Source of the DNA: Cycas panzhihuaensis | Taxonomy: Eukaryota; Plantae; Cycadophyta | DNA: 64,000 nucleotides | Direction of reading: 5' to 3' | Assembly (NCBI GenBank): GCA_023213395.1 | Contig: CM041465.1 | Location: 123,635,741 to 123,699,740 of the forward strand | Shown here: one piece after another, positions 54,481 to 64,000 of the stretch | How the letters are laid out: each line of letters opens with the position of its first letter | Numbering within the stretch: position 1 is the first letter of the stretch | Notes under the pieces: model-generated | The model's input: only the letters and a program-made list of their open reading frames with translations | Told to the model about the DNA's origin: nothing | Database searches by the model: none | Program-made: the position numbers and the translations under genes

Positions 54481-54612
54481 CAGAGAGAGAGAGAGAGAGA
54501 GAATTCTCTTCTTAACAGTGAAGTCAATTTGAGATTTCTCCTCCTCTAGAATTTCAACCTGTATGTGGTTCTATAAAATCTCCATTCTCATCTATTTTTG
54601 ATAGAGAGAGAG
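54153..54612. repeat. Three ~100-125-bp modules, each followed by a microsatellite: (TTTA)n, (TA)n(GA)n, (GA)n
   Basis: Units 54153-54277, 54322-54446, 54501-54601 share ttctcttctt.aca..gaag...tttgagatttc...cctcta.aa...gttctataaa...tctatt.tttga. Confidence 0.9.
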
Positions 54613-55236
54613 TTTAAATTTAATTTAATTTAATTGTATAATATTTCAAATCTAACCTATGTAGCCCCCTTTAGCCTCCACGTCATATGATTGTAGATAT
54701 AAATTTTAATTTTTAATTAATTATTTTTTATAATTTTAGTTTTAAATGGATTTATGTGCTTTTTATAGAATTTCAAATCCGTCAGTCTCCTTTGAACCCT
54801 AGGAGGTGGTCTTATTAAAGAGGTCCTTATACAATTTTGACCATAACTTTTTATCTAAGAGTTTGTTTTTCGAACATTTGGATCCGTTGGAAAGATAATT
54901 TGATTTTTTACGTATTGAAACTATTTTTACTAAGATTTAAAATTGTTATGAAGGGTTTTAAGACTAGTAAAATCAACCATTTTAATTGACCCTAGTTTGA
55001 CATCTTTTCAACTATTTTGAGCTCTTTTCTAATTCTATCTTAGTATACTTACGTGTTATTGAGATATTAATCTATTATTGACTAATTTTATTTGATTTTA
55101 GAACCTCACATCTAATTTTTTATAGTTTTTAGTCAAATTTGACCTCTTGAATGATGACACCTTTAGATGCCATTCTCACAAACAAGTGCCTTCTAAACCC
55201 TTACTATTTTATTTTAAAGCTGCTACTTTATTTCTT

Positions 55237-55288
55237 AGCTCATATACTTTACTTCAGAGCTCATATACTTTACTTCAGAGCTCATATA
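55237..55288. repeat. Perfect 21-bp tandem repeat (2.5 copies)
   Basis: agctcatatactttacttcag twice plus agctcatata. Confidence 0.92.
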
Positions 55289-58200
55289 AATCATATTTTT
55301 ACTTATTTGACTTGTTTCTTTTAAAGGTATATTTCAAGTGCATTCAAGGCTAAGATAAAAATAGATATTTAAAAGCTAGATTTAAAGCATACTTTACATC
55401 TTTTTGCAACTTGAAAGGGGATCATATATAAAAGTGTATTTATTGCTCATTTATTTTCAATTTATTCATCTATATTGAAGCTCTTTTTTGCTCATTTAAG
55501 AGTTACTTTTGCCTCATTAGTAAAGTATTTTTAAATTTGATTTAAGGCCATCTTTATTGCACTTAAAAGCTCAAATAAGGTGCATTATATTGCATAATTA
55601 TAAACTCATTCATAGGTCTTCACTTTCTTTCTATTTCATATTATTTTAAGATTTACCTGTATTATTTTAGAAGATCATTGATTGTATATTTGCTTCATTT
55701 CAAAAGGAAAACATTTATCTTATATTATTTTATTTAAAAATATATATATTTTTCATCTCATTGTCAGGTTGCTTTCCTTATTTGTTAAGACGAAATCTTG
55801 TTAATATTCATTTGAAAAGATGTTGTATTACATGTCAATCTCAAGTTGTTTTCTTATCAGATGTTAAAAGGAATCTTATGTGAAGTGTTTATAATAGCAT
55901 TTATCTTGATGACATGATAATTCCTATATTTGATGGCACTAATTTTTCACTTTGGAGAAATTTGATGAAATCACTCTTTATCACTAAAAATCTTTAGAAT
56001 TATGTGAATAATGGTTACCATGACTTAAGTGTCAATTCTACTTTAAAGGAAGAACAAACATTTAAAGAAAATATAAAAAAAGATAATGAGGCTTTAGGTT
56101 TAATATTTTGTACATTAAATAATCACACATTCTCTAGTATAAGTGAGATAATCACATTTAAAAATTACATGAAAAACTTTGGAATTGATTTATGGGAGAG
56201 CTATTATAAAATTAGAAGAAACTAATTATGTCGATAATGTTTTACATGTGGGATAGATATTAGAGGAGGTTAAAAATGATGTATTGGATAATGATGTATA
56301 TACCATTGATGACTTCAATAAAATTTAAGATCACATTATTGAATTTGATAATGTTGTGTGTACCATTGACCTAGTTAACTCCAATAAGATAAAAGATGAA
56401 GAAAACAAAGATCTTAATGTAGTCGCACCTACTTGTTCAAATCAAGTTAACCTCATCCTACTAAGACAAGCTTGGAAGCCACATGAGCCACACATTGTTA
56501 AAGAGGACTACATTACAAGGACAATAATGCAAGATGGTGACAAAGCAAGAGAACAAACAACAAATCTCTCTCTTAAAGTTTTTTTAAAGTATAAGTTTTA
56601 CAAATTCAAAGAAAAGCTTGAGTTGTATGTAATGAACATTATGAAGGAAAATGCTAGGTATAATGTTTGTTATCTAACATTGTCTTAGGACCGTCATTAT
56701 GCAATGGTAAGTTTATTTTATTGATTATTTTATTAATATTTTATTATATTTTAAATTTGGAGGTTGAGGCAGACTCTTACCTACCTCCCAAATATATATT
56801 TTGGGGCTCAATATCCTCGTTGTTCATCAACACCGCCTATCAATGAAAATTTGTTAACTTTCTTAATATGGCTTGAATATAGATTGAAGATTTGATATTA
56901 TTCCTACTTTGCTCAGTCCTCATACGTTCTTTAGATATGCATATGACCAAGTGTACAAGCATGGGTTTATAAAGGAACTCGATTGCTACAAGGTCTTATT
57001 ATAATTTTGAAACCTTGAAATAAAAGCACAATAAAAAATATGAATCTAGAAACTAATCACAAAAAATGGATGACAAATAAATGAGTTATGAGGTTTAGCC
57101 CATTTCGAGGGTCTAAAACCCTCATTGCATGTGACCACAACTAAAGTAATGAAAGTGTGAGCTTTAAAAGGATTACAAAATACTTTAATTTCTCTAAAAC
57201 TTTAAAGAATAATAAAATTAAAGCATTTTAATAAACCTATAAAGTGAAATGATTTTTCTCTCTCTACTACTTAAAAGTCACTTATACATGCTCCTACAAT
57301 TAAATTAAGCAATTTTAAGGTAAATTTTCTCATCTAAAAGTTGAATAAACTTGATATCAATCTTATATTGGCATCTACATAAGAAATCAATGGAGAAATA
57401 AGCCAAAATTTATTGTTTAAAAGTAAGAATAGGGTTTGATAAGCCACCCATTTTCATTGAGTTCTTAAGACTGTCTAACACCAAAAAAACTTACTCTAGA
57501 GGTAGAAATCATAACTAAATTGATTTTATATTTATTGAAAATAAACTCACGAGTGAGAAACCTAAAGAAAACAAAGATTTGAAGTGTTAAATAAAGCCGA
57601 AAACACGCTTACAATATAACTTACACTCTTCACACTGAGAAACCCTTTGTGGGTTTGTTGAAAGACTATAAAAATCAATAAAGGATATTACTTCTACAAA
57701 AATATCAAGCTCATAGATTGAAATGCATGATAAAACTTAGAAATTTTCTGTTTAATGAACCATGGGCTCTAATACTATGTTAGAAATATGAGTGAATTAA
57801 AGTAAAAAATAGCAAATAAATAAGAACATTGACATAAACACAATTACACGATAATTTATAAGAAATAATCTTGCATTAGGTCACAAATGAATATAATTGC
57901 TCAATCTACTCTCTTTGCATCAATATTAATCATTTGATCGATTGATTTACATGATGAGAGCAAGGCCACTCCTCATATTAATGAGAATCTGAGCAAAGAA
58001 TAAAATAGTAGAGCAAGAAAATATCAAGGTACAACTAATACATGCCCTTGTATTTAAAAAAATACATATAAAAATGAAACTCTTGAAAGAACCTACCTAA
58101 TGTGGTTCATTGATTAACTCAAACTAAAATTAGACATTATTTTTAACATAATTTACAACAAAATTACTTTCACACTATCAATTATCAACTGTTTCATTTA

Positions 58201-58699
58201 GTAGAATACTAGCAAAAGCTCTTAATTACATTACAAAGAATAAATATTGAGGTAATAATAACTATGATAATACACAATAGACTAAAATAAAGATAAATAT
58301 GATACTTTACAATATAAGAAAATAATATTCAATAGTATAACTTACATATATTACAAAACATCCCATAAGATAATAGAATGTCGACTATAGTTGTTATCCC
58401 TCTTCAAGCCAAAGGAATCTCTAGAAATAACACCTCCCTCTAAAGAAGAAAAAAGAATCATTTCCAAAAGTTAGATTTTTTAAATGATACATTCACATCT
58501 TATATATAGTGCTCACATAATTTATTAATTATTTTAAAGTGAAGTTAATCTCAAACTAATATAATCAATATTCTAATATGAAATTGACATCTAATCATTT
58601 TTATTTATTGCTACAATCTTAAAACTAGATTAACTTTCTTATATGTCATCCTCTTGTGGTCCACAACCTCTCATTTCAAAGACAACAAGAATCTCTACA

Positions 58700-61300
58700 C
58701 CATGATCTATAAGTTTCAATTTTATTTCATTCATTTATGATCATAATTGTAACATAACTAATCTCTTCTTAATTTCAAAAATGCCTTTATTCATTAAGGG
58801 GTCATGCATGTAACAAATTTCCCCCTTCCCCATAAACCTTTAATATGATTTGACCACAAATCATGGATACAACTAGATGTTGTTACCACCATTATTAACC
58901 TTCTACTCAAAGCTTGTGCATATATTTAAGGGTTGAACCCACTTAATCAACTTGGTCATAGGTTGACACTCCATAGTAAAAATAAACTAGAATAATTTCC
59001 CCTTTCTTGATATTTTTTATACTTAAAAGTATTTTCAAACATAAACTTCAACAAATGCCATGGATCATCTCTTATGACTAAGGATTACTTACATCTTTCT
59101 ACTATGCTACATTAATAATTGCATCCTTCTACTTGATATATCTTTGTCTTTATATCAATCTAACTATTAATGATAATGGGATCCTAATTAATCTACTTAT
59201 AAATTAATCCTACTTTCCTTGTCTAAATTGTTTATTGCATTCCTCTTGTAATAGTGATATCTCTTCAATATATTTTAATTCGTTGATACTTCTCAGTGCA
59301 GGCTAATCATATTAGTGTTTGAATTTGATAAGTCGCTTTCATAAGTTCATAAAGGTGGTCCCCAAAGTTTGTAATCTTTTTCACCTTAAGACTACTTGGA
59401 TGCTTTAAATAGGTACAACATAGAAATCTATCTAGAGAAAAACTTTGTCCATGGTTATATTGACCTTATAACACATGGTTCTCTTGGAGAATTCCCTTAT
59501 TAACTAATGTCATTAATAATCCTAATTCGAGCCTTGTAAACAAGGCTAGCCTACTTCTAATCTTTGTATATAACAAATTTCAAGCAACAATAAGGCCAAT
59601 AAAAAGTGGTATTAGCTCATTTTAATTCACCCTCTTATTAGCAAGGTCTTTGATATTTTAAATAATAAAGTGTTTATTGGCCCTTCTAGTATATTGATGT
59701 TGTTGTACCTTAATTTTATTTTCCTAACATATCTTGTTGATACAACATACTTAACCTTTTCTATCTCTTTTAACAAAGTAACCTCCATTAGGAAGAACCT
59801 AATATCCTTCTCCTTCTAGTCTTGCTTTTAGACATTAATAAGCTTATCTAGTAGTAAAAGATGTATGATGTTTGGTTTTCCATCAATGTACTCCCCAATA
59901 TCATATTGTTGGATATTATCAAGTCCTTTTAGCTTGCATTAGGTATGTAATTTGATTCTCTATCATTCATATTTTCATCTTCATTTACAATGATTAGTTC
60001 TCATTTTATTTGATCTTCATTTTCCTTATTAAAGAATTCCTTTAACTAAATATATGTGGTTATTACCTAATTAAAAAAATAAATTAAGCATGAATAAGAA
60101 CCTCCTTAGGATTATTGAAACATTCTTTTGATTCTTGTTTTAGATATTATTTATGGATCACAACCAAATTTGGTTTGTATTATCCTTTATGCTAAAGAAT
60201 GGGTTTAATATTTTCCACCTATCTCTTTTCTTTTTTAACTTTTTTTGTTCCTTAATTCTCTTATTCTCTATTTCTTTGATAATTATTTCAGTATCTTTCT
60301 TAGGTTTAACCCTCTTGTGTGTTTCTTTCTACCATATCTCTTCATACTTGTTAAGGAACCAATGTTTTAAACAAAACTATTTTTTCACAAAACCTTTATG
60401 TTTGATATCTCAATCATCATGCCAACTATGAGCACCCCCTTATAGAAGTCAAGCTACTACTTCTAACCTTTCTAGGTCATACTAAGGAAGGGAACAAACA
60501 TAATTGTCAATCATTTCAATCAAAACCTTGAGATTAAGAGTATTATATCCATTAAGATAGGGAACTACTATTTTCCTTTAATCCTTATTGCCTTTTTTCT
60601 AGCATAAGATTTTCCTCGTTAATTGTTTCTTTTGATTCTCTTAATTTAATTTACAATATGTTTGAAATTTATCCACATATTTTTGTATAAACGTTGTTTC
60701 CTATAAACTAGAAAATAACACTAACTTCCTATCCTATCCTAATATTCATATATAGCTTTTGAAAAAAATATCAAGTTGAAATAGGTCATATGCTTACAAT
60801 TTCATTAAAATGATTTGAACTACATTAGGGCCTTACTACTTAATTAGTAGGGGTGAAAGAGAGACCACCTTAATTGTCAAACATGGATAGATGTTAAAAT
60901 ATGACTCCATCTTTGTAAACAATATTCTCATGTATTTTTCCTTATTAGGGTCAAAATTCTCACAGTGGATCCTCTTACAATTACTCCTCTATTACAAATT
61001 TTCTCTTTACTCTTGATAGAGCCTAGTGTAATATATTCTAACTTTAGTATCTCTTTTCTTGCTATTTATAATGGATGGTGTTACAGGAATGGTCTACTAT
61101 AGTTGGATTAGGATTGGAGTGGAATAGAGTGAAAATAGAAAATGGAATGGGGATGGAAATGAGATAAGAATGGGAACAAGAAATGGGACTAAGAATAGGG
61201 ATAGAAATCTAAACAAGAACAAGCAAGCCAATTATCAAATAATTCTACTCCCATAATAGAAAGAATTGTTCCCACTTAAAAGGTATGGATGCTTTTCTTG
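58700..61300 (-). mobile_element. Highly degraded Ty3/gypsy gag-protease remnant
   Basis: On the minus strand: Pro-rich hexamer repeats 61100-61205, capsid-like traces 60780-60970, zinc-knuckle-like GGAH ~60435, protease-region traces 59340-59800. Confidence 0.45.
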
Positions 61301-61444
61301 AACTATGGTGATCTTCACTAATTATACAAGTAAGGTCTTTTTATCTATTAAGTTAGAAACCATAAGAATTAGATGCCCTTATAACTTTGTTATAGATCAT
61401 GCTATGGGAAAGTCATGCATAAATTGGCATAGGAATGGCGGGGG

Positions 61445-63533
61445 TGTTAGAATTAATATTTATCTTATTAAGTTGTCATTACTAATAGGTTAATGATGAA
61501 CCATTGGTTGGTTTAATAAATAATCATCATTAAATGTGATAATAAATGCCAACGTGGCTATAGGTCATTCATGGACTATTATCAATCTTGCTTATATATA
61601 ATTATATAATGGCTTATACATTATCATCAGAGTATCTCAAATGAATAATAAGAATTAAAAGTAGACTAATTCTACTTCAAAATTTTAGAGTGTTTACTTT
61701 TTTGAATTAGCTCAATTCTAGTGCATTTATTCACAATTAATATCAAATTGGGTATGAAGAGCTAGTTTTGAAAGGTTGCAAGATGCACGTCATGTTCAAG
61801 TTTGAGGAATTCAATTAGCTTTCTTAACCAAGTATTAGTGGCAATAAGTAGTCAAAAAAAAAAAAAAATCTAATTTTTAATATGGATATTTGCAGAGAAT
61901 GTATTGTAAATGATCTATAATTGGTGTTTTTTAGTATTTTAAAATAAATTTTGTTGGGGTGGTTTTGATTTATTATGGACAAAAAAATAACAAATTTTTT
62001 TCTTGTGGACTGTATTAATTTTATGAATCAATGGCATTTAGAAGCACCAGATGACCAATTTGTTGTAAATAAATAGGTTGCAACAATTTGTGCTAGGTAA
62101 GGTACTTGAGCCAAATGAAAAGACAATTACTGCTCTTAAAAAGAAAACATATCCATTAGTAGAGATCTAATGGAAAACATTAAAAAAGCGAAGACACTTA
62201 AGAAAGCATGGGAGGCTATCATGTCTATCTTTGAGATGAAAAATGATGCAAGGATCATAATTTTAAATAGTCAACTTTACACTCTTAAAATGACAAGTTC
62301 ACTGGTTGGGCTTCTCTAAATGGTAAAAGAAATCATAAATTAATTGAAGAATACTAGGGAGACTATCAATGATAAGGACATCATTGTTACAATATTGAGG
62401 AGTTTGTTGAAGAAGTTTCAAAGCTTTATGATGAGTTTTTTATTTTTTTTGTTAGACAAAATGGGAAATATATCTTTTATTATGTTAGAGGCATTTCTAT
62501 TATAACGACTAAATATTAAAGGATAACATTGTTAGTGCATTTTCAACAAAGTGAAAAGGGAAGAAACCTTTAATTTTGAAGAAGGTGGTGACTAAAAAAC
62601 AATAATAGTCTACTTAGAAGGGGCAAACAAAGTTGTGTTATTGCTACAACAAACTAAGCCATTTCAACAAAGATTATAAGAAGTAGTAGGTTGATTAGTA
62701 GGAGAATGGAGATTAGTAGAATCAAAGGAAGAAATTACAGGTAGGGCACATTTCTAAATAGTCAATTGACTCAAGTAACAAGGAAGAAAAGCTCTTCATG
62801 GCAACTTCACTAATAAATCCAAAAGGATACGATGTCCAATACATTGATTCAATAACTTAAAGGCACATGTAGTTTCCATATTCATGCATAAGCCTAAGAT
62901 GAAATAATCAGTAAAAATAATTATCAAGTATCTCAATAGCACTATTAGATATGATCTTCACCACAGGTTATTATATGATCATAGGTTTATTGATTGCATA
63001 GGCTCAGATTAGACAGGATGTATATATAATAAAAAGTCTACTTTAAGATATACTTTTAGTTTGGGTATTGTGGTAGTTACATGGTGGTTAGAAAAACAAT
63101 CAATAATATTTCTTTCCACTGTAGAAACATAATAGAAGATAGCTGTAGTAAAAACCTATGAAATAATTTGGCTTCGAAGGTTACTTTAGGACTTATAAAA
63201 TAAACAAGTTGGTCCCATAGAACTATTTTGTGACAATCAAAGCACCACTCAAATGACTAGAAATTCAAGGTTTCATGGTAGGACTAAGTGTATTGAAACA
63301 CAACATCATTTCATTAGAGAGTTAGTACAACAAGGAGAACTAGAGTTAGTCTACTATAGCATAGAAGAACTACTATAACAATGAGAAACAAGTAGCAAAT
63401 ATATTCGTAAAGATATTAAACGAGGTAAAATTTAATAAATTCATAGACAAACATAGTGTTTCTCTAAATGGGCATTATAGAGGACAAATGTTGGGAAATT
63501 ACCCATCTGAGGATAATACCCAAACCTATTATA
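61445..63533 (+). mobile_element. Internally deleted copia element C5 (gag-PR joined to RNase H)
   Basis: gag MENIKKAKTLKKAWEAIMSIFEMKNDARIIILNSQLYTLKM (~62170); CCHC remnant ~62640; YIDS ~62840; then directly RNase H (FCDNQSTTQMT..HGRTK). 3' LTR starts TGTTGGG at 63489; 5' limit uncertain. Confidence 0.75.
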
Positions 63534-64000
63534 TGTTAAAATTTAAAATTTAACCTTAATACCATATTAAAATGTAGTCATTATGTGCAACAAAAGTATA
63601 TCAAATATATATAATTAATGAATCATATCATGAAGAATTTATATAATCATGTATGTATGTAAGATTAATATATCAAATAATAATATAAATCATAAAGTAT
63701 AAATATATCAAATATGCACCACAAGATAGACAACAAATTTATATGTAAAAAGCCTAATGTGAGAAAAAGTACTGAAGAAAGTTAGAGTTAAAAGCTCCTC
63801 TTTAAATATTAAATAGTTACATCTCCAAATGAGTCATTCCTCTCGATCGTTTTCAAATTCTCAAATGGTGTGTGTATATATTTATATGAATAATTTCCTC
63901 ATGAATTGCCGAAAATATCTTTTGAACCTCTTCATCATTCAATAAGATGTTTACTTGAATAATTGTGTATATCACATCTATTAATACTTTTTGTAAGTAA
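63534..64000 (-). repeat. LTR of the N1 family, inserted in the C5 3' LTR; runs off the window
   Basis: Colinear with 3658-4130 and 11123-11590, including the internal PBS echo (63553-63564) and terminal ...TTTAACA on the minus strand. Confidence 0.85.

Larger units (their letters stand above)
52674..56933 (+). mobile_element. Internally deleted copia element N3, inserted just upstream of the C4 gag
   Basis: LTRs 52674-52963 and 56652-56933; perfect TSD gatat; PBS tgatatcagagt 52966-52977; PPT gaaggaaaa 56643-56651; gag N-terminus IPIFDGTNFSLWRNLMKSL (~55920) and RNase-H tail KFYKFKEKL (~56590). Confidence 0.92.
48320..58148 (-). mobile_element. Degenerate Ty1/copia element C4 (possibly chimeric)
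   Basis: 5' LTR 57778-58148 with PBS rc gctctaatacta 57766-57777; 3' LTR ~48320-48751 with PPT rc 48752-48763. gag LNGKNYVIWKFKI, PR WYINFGASNY, RT ORF 49807-50073, RH ORF 49021-49317. No TSD match. Confidence 0.85.

Noticed and set aside
60153-60431. Hydrophobic membrane-protein-like ORFs (also 50390-50596, 9566-9760)
   Set aside because: T-rich antisense or LTR sequence yields F/L/I-rich spurious frames.

Overview
Very AT-rich, CpG-depleted plant heterochromatin built almost entirely from decayed, nested LTR retrotransposons. No intact host gene, rRNA, tRNA or CRISPR array is supportable. The element families and heavy C>T/G>A decay suggest a large-genome seed plant, probably a gymnosperm (inference only). 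I resolved the following from LTR pairs, PBS/PPT and 5-bp target-site duplications (TSD). Ty1/copia: C1 (1-3457, +), C2 (14202-19664, +), C4 (48320-58148, -) and C5 (~61445-63533, +). Non-autonomous element N1 (3658-11653, -) hosts a Tnt1/Tork-like copia. A four-level nest runs C3 (20920-47915) > non-autonomous N2 (22828-44460) > non-chromovirus gypsy G1 (26671-44267) > CRM-like gypsy G2 (30553-37588). Deleted element N3 (52674-56933) sits inside C4. Most notable signals: (i) repeat-spacer arrays of tRNA-iMet PBS copies, each preceded by an LTR-end-like (C/T)A, in the non-autonomous families, plus a 59-bp PBS-only micro-insertion; (ii) a sequence-covarying hairpin enclosing the PPT/3'-LTR junction in five copia-type elements with different LTRs; (iii) a CpG-retaining island with promoter-like triplicated modules inside the old element N3; (iv) extra capsid-like domains between PR and RT, and an env-like 3' ORF, in G1.
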